In this document: positions 12,017 to 23,712 of the stretch, piece after piece
Layout of the letters: each line of letters begins with the position of its first letter
Position numbering within the stretch: position 1 is the first letter of the stretch
Assembly: GCA_049999805.1 (NCBI GenBank)
Contig: JBNGIO010006333.1
Coordinates: forward strand, 277,675 to 321,354
Origin: Folioceros fuciformis
Taxonomy: Eukaryota
Reading direction: 5' to 3'
DNA: 43,680 bases
The notes under the pieces: generated by a model
Databases searched by the model: none
The model's input: only the letters and a program-made list of their open reading frames with translations
Told to the model about the DNA's origin: nothing
Position numbers and translations under genes: made by a program

Positions 12017-12082
12017 GAATATCTGGGCCCCTGAGTATCTGGGCGCCTGAGAGTATCTGGGCCCCTGAGTATCTGCGCCCTT
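12017..12082 (+). repeat. Tandem repeat, about 4 copies of a 16-bp unit (GAGTATCTGGGCCCCT)
   Basis: Units start at 12017, 12033, 12051 and 12067. Confidence 0.9.
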
Positions 12083-12352
12083 GGGTACTGTACATACAGT
12101 GCTGTACGTAATTGTGTAGCTATTTCACACACGGCACTACCGACCAGTTAACTGACCGTCGCCGCCAAGTGAAAGAACAGTGCATGTGCGGTCCAATGGC
12201 GGCGTGTCGGGGGCCTCGGGCCCAACCTCTATTGTCTAGACTCCCACCTTACATAAGAAAACAGTGGGCAGACGAACATTACTATTACTATTAATGCTAC
12301 TGATAGGTGGAATCAAATCTGGATCTACTGCTTGGTATGCAAGTATCTAACC

Positions 12353-13079
12353 AACAACAACAATAACAACTTTATTTATCCACTAGAGATGGAAGAATCA
12401 TCATGGGACAGAGATAGTAAAAGAGGTTTAAAAATCAAGTACACTTACATGCGCTGAACTAGAGAAGTAGTACCTATATCACGAAACAGAAAAGAAGGCA
12501 AAGACTATCAGGAGTCCAACAAGGACTCCTGAAGATCAAGAAGCTCGGAGAGACATAGTCCAGAGAGTCTAGGAATGTGGAAAGAAAAAAAATCTGCCCA
12601 TCGAGAAGCCGGCATACTCAAAGAGTAACAAGTAACAAGACCAAATATCAGCATAGGGAGGACAATAGAAGAGTAAGTGTGTTTCAATCCAGGATTCAAG
12701 GAGCAAAGCTTGCAGATCCTAGCTTGAGCCAATGAATGATCAGGAGCAAAGCTTGCAGATCCTAGCTTGAGCCAATGAACGATCAGTCTCAATTCGGAGG
12801 TGGTGGGAGCTAACACGAAATTGACCTATGAATGTGTGGAGTTTGAAGGATAGGGGAAATTGAGGTAGTGGGGCAGGGTAGGAAATTTACAAGAGAGAGG
12901 ATTAACTCAGAGCTCGTCTTTGTAAAGCGGAGTCTAGAAGTGAGAGGGGGAAACAGAAAGAGGGACCAAGTGAGGCAAAGGTATTTTAATTTAAGGACCC
13001 TACGAATGGAGTGGTTAGAGGGGATGTGAGAAAGGAGAAGTTGGGAAGAGGAAGAAGCCCAAATAGGGAGTCGAAAAGG
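12353..13079 (-). mobile_element. 5'-truncated, decayed non-LTR retrotransposon (LINE) 3' fragment
   Basis: The minus strand encodes IGQFRVSSHHLRIETDRSLAQARICKLCS..(frameshift)..IETHLLFYCPPYADI, the CxxC..H..C zinc-binding C-terminus typical of LINE ORF2. It ends in AATAAAG followed by a (TTG)n tail at about 12353-12377. Candidate 7-bp TSD TCTAACC at 12346-12352 and 13080-13086. Confidence 0.75.
12699..12784 (+). repeat. Direct tandem duplication, 2 x 43 bp, inside the LINE relic
   Basis: AGGAGCAAAGCTTGCAGATCCTAGCTTGAGCCAATGAA(T/C)GATC starts at 12699 and at 12742. Confidence 0.95.
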
Positions 13080-14198
13080 TCTAACCGTTCAACTATAAAT
13101 ATGTTAATAATATATACTAGTAGTTCAAATATACTTTACTATTATATCAAATATTTAATCTTTAAAAATATATAAGTTATAATTTGAATCACATAAATAT
13201 GTAATACATTACTTAAGCCCCATTAATATGCACCTCGGCACCCTTGGTTGTGCATCTAGTTTATATATATATATTTGTTCTTTTTTATTTTTAGATTTAT
13301 TATATATAGATCATTAATATATAATAAATATATAATAATGTACTGATATGTATGTATGCCTCATTGATATATAGATATGGTGTGTTCTTGGATGGCTTTT
13401 GAAACGTGTTGTATTCCTATTCATATGGCTATGAGATATCGTTCTTTCATCCCTACAATGAGCACATTTTATCTTGCTTGATGGAGTTTGTCTTTGTGGT
13501 CACCTCTTCTTTGTGATTGAGGGTGACTAGGTTTGGGTGGCTCATGTGGTTGTAATTAACCCCATATATGATTCTATTTGCTAGCACTCCATCTTCACCC
13601 CAAAGGCTTATTGTGACTAGGTTACTGGTTGATGTAGTAGTGATGGACCCCTTTTTGGGTTGAGGGAGACCAGATTTTTTATGGCTGATGCGATGGTAAT
13701 AAACTCCACAAAGGGGTTCATTTGGTAGTGCTTATCAACCAAAATCAACCTTTTGGGTTGGGCGATAGAGGGGGTGCACATAGGCCAAGATCAGTCATTT
13801 GGGTTGGTCTATAAAAGGGTGCACATTAGTCAAGATCAACCTTCCAAGTTGGGCATTCCTTCATTCCTCACGTTATTAAGACCTATCAAGCTACTTGCAA
13901 GGCATTCTTCAAGTTTTTCAAGACATGTGCGAAGGCATACCGAAGGAAGAATGAAGTTCGTCTTCCTCTCTTTAATTCGGTGTTTACGTTCCCGGAACTT
14001 GATAAAGTGAAATCGACGTAATCACAACAAATCGATTCACAAACATAGATACGCTGTGTGCGTTCCCGATCGAAAAAACGAACTCGACATGAGTCAAAGA
14101 CATTCATCCGGTGAGTGTTCTCTCGGAACTTGAAAGAGTGTCAAAGAACTATCCTAAATTCCTGCGACCTTCCATGGTGCTGATGTGTTATCTGATCT

Positions 14199-15837
14199 CT
14201 ACTGGACAAAGTTCCTGAGCAGCGCTCGAGGACTCCGATGTTGGACGAGGCGGTGGTGTTGTTTCTTGCTGAACAAGACGGCACCAGTCCCGGGGCCCGT
14301 AATCCAGTTGAAGTAGTCTTGCAAGGTGTGGGACGGGTAGCCGCTGATGTACATCTTTTCGACCAGATAACGGTTCACCACCAAACTCCAGCCGTGCTCA
14401 GTGGGATGGGCTCCGTCCCAGAAGAAGTGAGTCAAAGGATCGTCACAAACAGTGTATGCTGGGTTCCCATAGGCGTCCACATCCCCGCAGCTGGTACTGC
14501 TGCTTATGCCTTGACAGCAGGGTAACAGCGGATAGTCGAGGCCAGGGGAGTCTGTACGCATACCAGGAGTCAGGATAGACCACGTTCTACAATGCAGTAA
14601 CTGGAAGCGGGGACCTGCTTGAAGGAAACTTATGGAATTCCTTACCGCCTATAGTGCGGAGAAAGCTTTGTGTTTGGTTCAGCAAAATGAAGCGAGTGCT
14701 CCACTCACTGTTCACTCGTAGGACTGCGGCGTCTAGCAGTTGGTTGTGGTAGGACACCAGCTCATCACTGCTGTTTGAGCACTTCGTGAAGTTGGAAGGG
14801 GCGGAGGAGGATGGTGAGCAGCCAAAGGGAGGGAGGTTGAGTACCACGGCGTTCACAATTCCGAGTTGAGCAAGCCGGGTGAGGCCTTGTGCTGTGAGGC
14901 CAACCACGCTCTCCACAAACAGATTCGTGTCCTGCACCAATACAAGAGTTAGGGAATGGAACCAGTCATGCCACACTGATTACGGCAAAGTGCGCACATA
15001 CATACATACCACTGCGCTGGTGATAGCGCTGTAGTCATTCCCTGACACAGACACAAATGCAACGGAGCCTGCCACGGTGGCCGGATAGAAGAAGCCTAGG
15101 TTCAGAGTGGAGTTGAAGTGGTCGATCTGCTCGCTGAGACTGGGAAAGCCATACGCCGCTGTCACTCCACTGCCTCCCACGGCAAAATTGATGCCGTACT
15201 TGGTTAAATTGGAGGGAAGGGTTCCACTGATCCGAGCGTAGGGTGTCGGGCTGGGAAGTCCCAGTGCCTGAGCTGATTGTTTCATACCAAAGGAATTCAA
15301 ATCGTCAGCAGATATGCAAGGACCAAATGAAGGCAAAAGCGAGGGCACGTGACAATGGTACATAGGTACATACCTAGAAAATCCGTCTGGTGAAGGCCGT
15401 CGGAGAATCTGCCAGCAGGAACACCAGGCCAGGTTATGCCGTAAGGCACATTCCACGATGGAGAAGTCTTGTCACGGTTTCCAGTATCTGCATACGAATC
15501 CCCAAACACGAAGAAGGCCTCCGGAGTCCCTTCTACAACCCTAGCTGGTGACAAACGAGACCACAGAATGCCATGAGCACTTCCCAATCCAGCGCATTGC
15601 TCCCTCGCAAAACTCCATACCAATTCAAATGTATGATCCGACTGAGCGAGATCCAAGTTTGAGTCTATCACAAGAAGGCTCCCTGAACTATCCCTCTTAA
15701 GTCCCACGCAACTGCTGTGGAGAAATCGGAAGCTCACCATCCAGTACCGGTGCCAAGAGTGCCAGAAACAACAATGCGAAGGAGCAGGACAACACCACTC
15801 CCGCTGTTGCAAACAACTCTGCCTTCCTCACTGTCAT
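14199..15837 (-). CDS. GDSL esterase/lipase (SGNH hydrolase), 5 exons, secreted
   Basis: Signal peptide MTVRKAELFATAGVVLSCSFALLFLALLAPVLD. Conserved blocks FVFGDSYADTGN, PAGRFSDG, GINFAVGGSG, VSGNDY, NLPPFGCSP and FFWDGAHPTE supply the catalytic S, D and H. GT-AG introns; stop at 14199-14201. Confidence 0.93.
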
Positions 15838-16375
15838 ATTTGCTAGCCAACCTTCACTGCCAATGAAATCCGCAGTCTGGAGTCACTGCCGGTCACTCTC
15901 CCTCGATCAGGATGACGGAGCAAACAGCAGAGTCTGTACGAGCCGGGACTCGGGCTACGTTAGTGTACAAAACGTCGCCTGGATGGTTATTTTTGTGAGT
16001 AATCGGCTGGATGTGCATTATGACCCACGTGCAGGTGCGATTTCTTTTGTACAAAATACATATATGTAAGTACCGACCCTTGAATTATTCAAGATGCAAC
16101 TGGTGCGGAAAGTTCCTCCTACACGCATTTGGCATCTTTGGATTCGACACCGACTTTCAGGGCATACTGTACATACAGTATACAGTCGACCCTCCCTAAT
16201 TAGGAGTTCCATAAAAGGGTTTCCTCTCCAAATGGAGCCTTCGATCCTACTTGGTTTTGTTCACTGTGTAGAACGAACAAAGGGTTGAACGGGATTATCC
16301 CATTGACCACCTTTCCAATCTCATGCTTTTGGGACGATTCGATCCACCAATTCATGGAGGGTGGAGTTGCATATT

Positions 16376-17706
16376 TCAGCCAGATGTGCTTGGTGCGTAA
16401 ACCCAGTAGATAGCAGAATACGTGGAGTCAAAGAGATCGCCCTCCTTGTCATCACGGGTTGCAGTGGGAGGAAGTCCGGCTCGGGTGGACAATCGCTGCA
16501 CGTTCCGCACGGCTGCATCGCCTCTGGAGGGAGCAGCGAGTGAGGCTGGATTCGTGAACTCAAAGAACAGAGCAAATCATACGGCTGGCAGGCAGGGAAG
16601 GGAGGGTAAGGGAATGGAAGCTTACGGGGTGGTACTCGTGACCTCCAGAAGCAACCAGTTGACACTGTCCTTGGAGACAGAAACGCCGCTCACAAGTCTG
16701 GCGGTCACCAGGCTGGGCTCCGGGAAGAAGGTTTGCCAGGAGGGCTGGCCAGCCTCCGGAGGCGTCCTTGTGCGGGAGGAGGTAGTGCGCGCCCACCACC
16801 TGCGACCCCGGGAGGTAGCTGTTGTACCTGTACCGCTGGAATTCTATGCCGAAGAAGCTGGCGACGGGCGCTCGCCGGGACGGCTATGGAATCGGGGACG
16901 GTCGATGCGGGGACTTCCGTGTCTTGCGAGAAAACAGTGTAGACTGCGGAGTAGGCGATTGGCCGGATCTCGCCCGGGCTCTTGCAGACGGAGGCGGAAG
17001 GCGCGGCGCATCCTGCCACCTCCGTCCTGGTCCCGTAGGAGGCCAAGGACAAGAGGCCCTCGCCGGAATGAGACGTGGCCTGTGTACCAGTAGGCTGCTC
17101 GCATCCGCGGGCTTTGAGGACGGGACTGAACTTAGCACTGCGCCTGTAGACCTGGCGCAACTGGATTAGCTTCCACGCAACATTTCGGGGACAAGTAGAC
17201 GTCTTCGAAAGTTTTGGCGGCAAACAAAAACACGGCGTACCTGTGACGGTGCTGTTCACGGTCTTCGTCTTGGGAGACGTGAAGAGGCTCCAGGTCGGGC
17301 GGCCTCCGTTGCCGTGGGCTTCAGGCAGGAAGAAGTGATTTCCTATGTGCACTGCGTTTATGTCGTACAGCTTGGCGCGGGCCGTGTGCAGAGTCCAGGA
17401 CACTGCTCCTGAGCCGGGATCATCAACCACGCACTCGTAAATCTGAAATCCCACGCCTAAAATTCAATCTACGAGAATGCTGCACACGCATGATTCCACC
17501 GAAACTATGAGCGGCTTGCTTTCAATCATCTTGCAGGCCCTGCGCATGCATTTTGCATGGGAGGTGGGAGCTCGAATCCTGACCTGTTTCCTGGAGGAAC
17601 CGAGACATCAGCTGGGGTGGCTGCTGGCGTAGCCGCAGCAGCCACGCAGGCGGGACGCCACAAGTGCCAATTGGAGGATGGGGATGCGGATGCGGGGGAA
17701 AGCCAT
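16376..17706 (-). pseudogene. Pseudogene of a secreted tandem-DUF3455 protein (paralog of 30641-31977)
   Basis: Four exons can be reconstructed: MAFPRIRIPILQLALVAS(fs)ACVAAAATPAATPADVSVPPGN / SILVD*ILGVGFQIYECVVDDPGSGAVSWTLHTARAKLY..IGNHFFLPEAHGNGGRPTW..STVTG / AVLSSVPSSKPADASSLLV(fs)QATSHSGEGLLS..YSAVYTVF..(fs)VASFFGIEFQRYRYN..VVGAHYLLPHKDASGG(fs)GQPSWQTF..VNWLLLEVTSTTP / GDAAVRNVQRLSTRAGLPP..YSAIYWVYAPSTSG*. About four frameshifts and one in-frame stop. Confidence 0.8.
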
Positions 17707-18055
17707 ATCGGATTGTTTGCTACTTGCTGTCTCGAGCTCATCGCAGGCCTGGAGGAATTTGTGACAGAAGCTTATATATGTGGCTGCTCGCTTAGCCAAC
17801 CGGACCAGGGCCAGGGACGGCAGCGACGTAGGCAACACACAGTGAGAGCGGGGGCCAGCTGTATGCCAGGCCGCCTGAGCACCGGCAGTTCATAAACTTG
17901 ACGGGAAGCTTGTGATAAACTACAGCATGAGTGACGGCGGAGCTGGTCAATCCAATAGGAAGCCATCGCCTTTCGTGGCCCTCTGAAGTTCGAGCTTGGC
18001 CTTCCCGACGTCCGCTGTTACACTTATCCCTTGTCCTTTAGTCAAGAGCGATGAA

Positions 18056-18190
18056 ACGACAATTGGACGGTCATGTGAACTGACGAAGTTGACAAACAGA
18101 CCGACAATCGGACCTTCACGTGAACTGACGAAGTTGACAAGCAGAACGACAATCGGACCTTCATGAGGACTGACGAAGTTGACAAACAGA
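18056..18190 (+). repeat. Minisatellite, 3 x 45 bp
   Basis: Unit approximately (A/C)CGACAATCGGACCTTCATGTGAACTGACGAAGTTGACAAACAGA, starting at 18056, 18101 and 18146. Confidence 0.92.
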
Positions 18191-18613
18191 TCTGGATGCT
18201 GATATCCGAATACCCCTCCCAAATTCCAGAGAACGCCGTGTTAGAAACTCATTTCTAACACGCTGTGATTAAGCATCCTGTGGATCAGTAGTTCGCTCCG
18301 TAAAAGGGAAAGATACCCTTGGTGTGAGCCGCTAAGTTCACCATGATACAATAAGTTAGAAATCCTTCCTCAGTGGACTAGGATACACTTCTTCTTCTCC
18401 TCATCATCATTAACTTACTGAGGCCTATCAACAGTTAGACTACAACGACGTACATACTTACAAGCAAGCGTGCTGTGATCTGTGGCAGCTCCTCGGGGGG
18501 TGAGAGTAAACAGGAGACATCCTCGGCTGCATAGGATTCCTTGAGATGCTAAGAAGTATACAGAAGGTCATGCTGACTAGGAAGTCATTTTCTTCTAGGT
18601 GAGTATACCCACC

Positions 18614-20548
18614 TTAGCCACGGCTGGGCTTCTTCGTGGGTTCAGGATTGGTTACAGGTTGCCCACCTGCTCGACGGAACCAAGTGTTGAAGGCTGTAAC
18701 TAGGTTTCGACAGTCCTCCAAAGAGCGAGTGGCAAAACTTAGACATTGTTGGAGTAGCTCCTGGGAGTCGGCCATCGGCAGGGTCAAAATAATGCGTAGG
18801 AAAACCTCCTCCAGTTCCAGCAGCTCAGACCATTTTGCACTCAGCTTGCTCTCCGATTTAGCATTCTCCCGAGACACGATGAGAACTGGAAGCCACCCTT
18901 TCACAAGGTTCCGTCGCACCTGCCAACATGCAAAAGGATGGAATGTTCTGAGAACATAGACGCTCCGCTTTGGCAAGTACTACTGGCACATACACAGGGT
19001 AACAACCTCACGGGATGCCAGGATAGAACCAGTTGCCACCGCATTAGCAAGCCGGCATGTGCACCTCAATACTGAGCTGGGCAATCCAGGTGCAATGCGA
19101 ACAGCATCCTCACTGAAGGCACGCTCCAAATTTGCAGTAAAAGATCCTAGCTCACTCCATTGTGTAACCTGAAACACAACCGGAAGCTACTTTGAACTGC
19201 AGGACGGACATGAAACAAGGAGCAGTGTATCATAATGCTGTAATCCAGTCAGCATAATATTTGGCCACAGGTTTCTATTTGAAGTCTTACTGCGTTCGAA
19301 GCAACTTTGAGCTCAAGCATCCGCTCCACCAGCCACAACAACTGCCGGGCACAAGCATCTGCAATACGCAAATTCTGTCGCTGCAGTGCCTCGATCTCAT
19401 CATGCCGACCTCGTACATTAGGACTCGAATATTCCTCAACGGACTCCTTCACAGTTTTCAAGCTACTTGCAAAGGCTTTATCCAGCACCCTTCCCACTGT
19501 CTCACGAGATGCGTATGTCTTCAGCATCTTAGCCACAAACCCCTTCACACATGTAACATTCTGGTGGGTGGCAGAATACACCATGCCGTAAAGCATATCC
19601 TCCAAGGCAGTCTCTTTCACAGGATTTAATCTTGCAAGCACCTCAGCAGACTGTTCAAGCTGCAGGAACGTCACAACTTGCACTATCTGTTGTTCCTCTT
19701 CACTTGTCCAGGGAACAACCTCCAGATATCTGACACAAGAGTTTATGCACTCATCAAAAAGAAGTTCCGCTGCAACTGTCAGGATAGAAAGGGCCACCTG
19801 GACATTATTAATAGCAGCCGGAAAATCTTTAGTATAAAGAAGCTGAAGGGTGGCTTCGTAAGCTTGCATTCCAACTGAAGGAGCAACAATCAAACTTATT
19901 TCAGCCAGCTTTTTATCCCTTGTTCTCTTGCCGCTGTCCATAACGGTATCGACTCCATCCTGCCACCGTCCAGACAGTCGAGCAGCGAAATAACGACACT
20001 GAACGAGCACGGACTCGTGCAAATACAGCTTCGTCTCAAAAGCTTCACTGTCACCGTCTCTGGTTTTCATCGGTTGTTCGCAATTCGAGGACAAGTCTTC
20101 CGGTACCTCCGAAGTCCTTAGTACCTCCGAACTCCTTGATCCCTCTCCTCCACTTTCCTCATAGTCGTTTCTTGAACTCGGACAACCAATTCTGCAGTCT
20201 TCTTCCTCTGCACCACCCCCTGATCAGACAGGCAGCACGGAATCCCTCAGCAACGACTCCCCTTTCAAATTAAGGAAGAGTTCTTTACGGCATCACCAAT
20301 CCACCCATTGCACGAGATGGAATTACAAGCTTCAGACCAGGTCAAGAAAAACCCTTGCCGTCTACACTCTATCTGTCCATACTTCCGACATGAGCGTACC
20401 ACTCACCATTCGGCTCAAAACACTGTTGCGAAACCAAACGAAGCACCACATCAGCCGTGCTAGAATCGTTGTACAGAAAACGTCCGGCACATGCCGCCTC
20501 CTTCGCCTTCTCAACTGCATTCAATGCATCCTCTGAAACTCCAGCCAT
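18614..20548 (-). CDS. BTB/POZ domain protein (plant At3g05675/At1g63850-like family), 4 exons
   Basis: YNDSSTADVVLRL / ..LYLHESVLVQCRYFAARLSGRW..YEATLQLLY..ELLFDECINSCVRYLEVVPWTSEEEQQI..LLWLVERML / VTQWSE..AVATGSILASRE / VRRNLVKGWLPVL..LEEVFLRIILTLPMADSQELL..AFNTWFRRA. Upstream in-frame ATGs exist, so the start is uncertain. Confidence 0.88.
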
Positions 20549-21456
20549 AGTTTGCGGTGTGCAAGCACGACGCCGCTTAAAAAACCCCTGCATGCTCTGA
20601 TACATTCCACGGCAGGCGCATACGATAAGGTGGTCCTGTGACCACCTGCATTCCAGCGCCTTCCCCGCTCTTGACAACCAGTCCAAACGTCAGAAGAACG
20701 AATCTCGCAGTTCCATATCTGCAGACGGATTCCTTCTCCGCCTCGACCTTCCGAATTCTCAAATCAGATCCTCGCGCTGAACCTACTGCTGCAAGTCCGC
20801 GATCCAGACTCGCTCATCAGGTAAAGAGAACGGGCTCCAGTCTGCTCCAGATGTGCACCATGTCGACGTGCGACCACGTTTTCATTCGGCCATTTACGGG
20901 CCAATGGTTTATTTCATGCTTAATTTTCCTCGCTCGAGGCAATAGAGTAACGCTCCCGTGTGCAGCAAGTAATGTATTCAAGGGACGAACGAGCCATGGC
21001 CTCGGATCTCGTCTTTTCACCGAACGAGAGCCCAGCGCTCTATTCAATCTCTTTAATCAACAGTTTCATCCAACCTCTTTACTCAACAATACAACACCCA
21101 ATTACTTACACAGCTCTTGAGAACAAGCTGCCCTTGATTCTCCCTGATGAGAGACTGGTCCTTCAAAACTCTCCAAAGCTCTCCAAAATCTTCGACGTCA
21201 TGGCTCCACTCTAAACTCACAGCTAAGCTCCTCCTCAAGCTTGCACGTCCCGAACCTTTGTACGTCCCCTAACCTTTTCAGCTCCTTCTCAGGAATGTAG
21301 GTCCTCAAAATCTCTGCCCAACCACACTACTCATCTCACAAAGCACTAGATTGACTTGCATCTTCTTCTACTTTTAATTTTCATCTGTAAACCCCAAACT
21401 ATAAGCAAGAATTATGACGATTATCTAAGGGCCAGTTGGTAGTACGTCTAAAAGAT

Positions 21457-23712
21457 TCACAGACTCGACGACTTTGCGATTTTCTCCACTAATCTCGTCA
21501 CCTCAACGTAAACCTGTTGTCTCTCGGGGTGCTGCCTATCATTTGCGGAAAAAACATGTACTTGTTCATCACACTCCATCCAGGTCAGGCCAGGTTCTTT
21601 TGCTGTACAAATCTTCAAGGTTTCTGACACCAGAGCCGCTTTTTCATCCAGCCTGCCGGCAGCTTCGTAGATGTTTGAAAGCTGAACATGTGGGGCAACA
21701 TTGGTTGGATTCAGGTCCAAGATGGCCTCGAATGCACGTCGTCCGATCTCCACGTTGTTGTGAGTCCGGCAGGCTCCAAGCAAGGAAGTCCATAATGCGA
21801 TATGGGGTTGCATGGGAAGCCTGTTGATGAAGTCCTCGGCCTCCTCCAGCTTTCCACATCGCCCAAGAAGGTCTGCCATACACACGTAATGCTCCAGTTC
21901 TGGAGTAATGCCAAAGTCTGCTGACATGGATCGCAGCAAGCAGAGCCCGTCAGCAACTAATCCTGCATGGCTACAAGCAGTGAGCAAACAGGTGAACGTA
22001 ATCTTGCTGGGGCGCAAGCTCTCCCGTCGCATTTGCTGAAACAGATGTAGGGCACGTTGTGCGTTTCCATGCATGGCATATCCCTGGATCATGCAATTCC
22101 AAGAGACTGTGTCTGTTTTTGCTGATTTGTTGAAGACTCTACAGGCATCGTCCAGGCTCCCGCATTTTGCATACATGTCAATCAGGGAATTGCACACCTG
22201 AATATCTGCCTCAAATCCACCTTCCACAACAAAGGTATGAATTAGCTTCCCTTGACTTAAGGAAGTGGCACTGGAGCATGCATTGAGTGCAGCAATAAGT
22301 GTGACTTTGTCAGGCTTCATCCCCTCCTCTTGCATTTGTCTGAAGAGATGCAACACCACCTGTGCGTCTCCATACTGAGCGTATCCCACTATCATCGTAG
22401 TCCATGTCACTTGATCGCGCACCAGGAGCTCGTAAAAAACCTTCCGTGCATCCTCCAGATTCCCGCACTTGGTGTACATGTCGATAAGGCAGTTGCAGAC
22501 GAAGACGTCTGAAGTGAGGCCCATGTTTGCTGCCTGGGCATGAAGCAGCTTACCATGTCCTAGAGCAGTCACACTGGCGCATGCTTTCAGGACAGTGACC
22601 AGTGTGACCTGATCCGGCTGCATGCCTGTCTCTAGCATTTGCTCATAAATCTTCAGTGCATCCTCACATCGACTTTCTTGCGAATATCCTGAAATCATCG
22701 CAGTCCATGCCACCAAATCCTTCGTATCCAATACATCAAACACCTCCTGTGCCATCTTTAGCTCGGCACATTTGCAATACAAGGCGATCAGTGAGCTGCC
22801 AACAACGAGGTCCAGCTCCCAACATCTTCCCAGAATGTAAGCATGGAGTAGCCGGCCCTGTTCTAATGCTGCCACTTTGCAGCAAGCTTTCAGCATGCTC
22901 AAGACTGTGACCTTGTTCGGCTTCATGCCCTCTACTTGCATGCCCACGAACAGGTCCAATGCTCCTTGATCATCCCCTTGCCGAGCGTAGCCTCCAATCA
23001 TCGCAGTCCATGCAATCAAATCCTTCGTCGGCAATCTGTCAAACACCTTGCGTGCATCTGACAGGTTACCACACCTCGCATACATGTCTATGAGTGCGCT
23101 CCCAACAAACATATTTGAGCCAAACCCACTGACCCTGGCGTCCGCTTCAACCAACCTGCCTGCGGTCAGTGCCTTCGCACAAGAGCAAGCTCTAATAGCC
23201 GCAACAAATACGTAGTCATTAAGCTTCACATCTGACACTCGCAGTTGGCTATACAGCCATATAGCCTGGTGTCCGAATCCATGTTTGACACATGCAGAAA
23301 TGATGGCAGCCCATGCATATGCTCCTGGTGCTCGCAGGTTGTCAAACACTTGGGCCGCTTCTTGCAGCCTTCCGCAAACAGCATATAAACAAACAAAATG
23401 ATCACCCAGAGCCCCATCCCGTTCATAGCCATTTTGGACGATCAGAGCGTGCACTTGTCTGCCAACAACCACATCTTTCAGTCTGATGCAGCCCTGCAAA
23501 AGTCGACCCAACGTTGCGACAGAAACGTGGAGCCCTTGTTGGCTGAGCCTCTCGAGACGTTGATAGGCTTCACTCAACTTCCCCTGGTCACACAGGCTGC
23601 TGAAATCCCCAAATGACTCCGGAGATTGAAGACTAGTTGCCCCTCTGCCAATACCAAACATCATAATGAGACCGGCTGGGAAGAGTCGTACATCAACACC
23701 ATCCTTCCGCAC
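21457..23712 (-). CDS. PLS-class PPR protein, E/E+ subtype (canonical PG box, no deaminase signature)
   Basis: Long ORF with P-L-S arrays (LIDMYAKCGSLDDA, VSWNCMIQGYAMHG), then FTCLLTACSHAGLV, HYVCMADLLGRCG, LWTSLLGACRTHNN, HVQLSNIY and KEPGLTWME..HVFSANDRQHPE, then stop. The true start is uncertain: the MMFG ATG or an upstream exon near 24004. Confidence 0.93.
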   Translation of the reverse strand: MRKDGVDVRLFPAGLIMMFGIGRGATSLQSPESFGDFSSLCDQGKLSEAYQRLERLSQQGLHVSVATLGRLLQGCIRLKDVVVGRQVHALIVQNGYERDGALGDHFVCLYAVCGRLQEAAQVFDNLRAPGAYAWAAIISACVKHGFGHQAIWLYSQLRVSDVKLNDYVFVAAIRACSCAKALTAGRLVEADARVSGFGSNMFVGSALIDMYARCGNLSDARKVFDRLPTKDLIAWTAMIGGYARQGDDQGALDLFVGMQVEGMKPNKVTVLSMLKACCKVAALEQGRLLHAYILGRCWELDLVVGSSLIALYCKCAELKMAQEVFDVLDTKDLVAWTAMISGYSQESRCEDALKIYEQMLETGMQPDQVTLVTVLKACASVTALGHGKLLHAQAANMGLTSDVFVCNCLIDMYTKCGNLEDARKVFYELLVRDQVTWTTMIVGYAQYGDAQVVLHLFRQMQEEGMKPDKVTLIAALNACSSATSLSQGKLIHTFVVEGGFEADIQVCNSLIDMYAKCGSLDDACRVFNKSAKTDTVSWNCMIQGYAMHGNAQRALHLFQQMRRESLRPSKITFTCLLTACSHAGLVADGLCLLRSMSADFGITPELEHYVCMADLLGRCGKLEEAEDFINRLPMQPHIALWTSLLGACRTHNNVEIGRRAFEAILDLNPTNVAPHVQLSNIYEAAGRLDEKAALVSETLKICTAKEPGLTWMECDEQVHVFSANDRQHPERQQVYVEVTRLVEKIAKSSSL

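Noticed and set aside
13090-13920. AT-rich, CpG-poor stretch with short imperfect direct repeats, possibly an LTR or transposon relic
   Set aside because: No termini, TSD or coding remnant could be identified.
18056-18190. Repeat arrays (also 12017-12082 and 30355-30445) as possible CRISPR arrays
   Set aside because: The units are contiguous with no unique spacers, there are no cas genes, and the context is eukaryotic.
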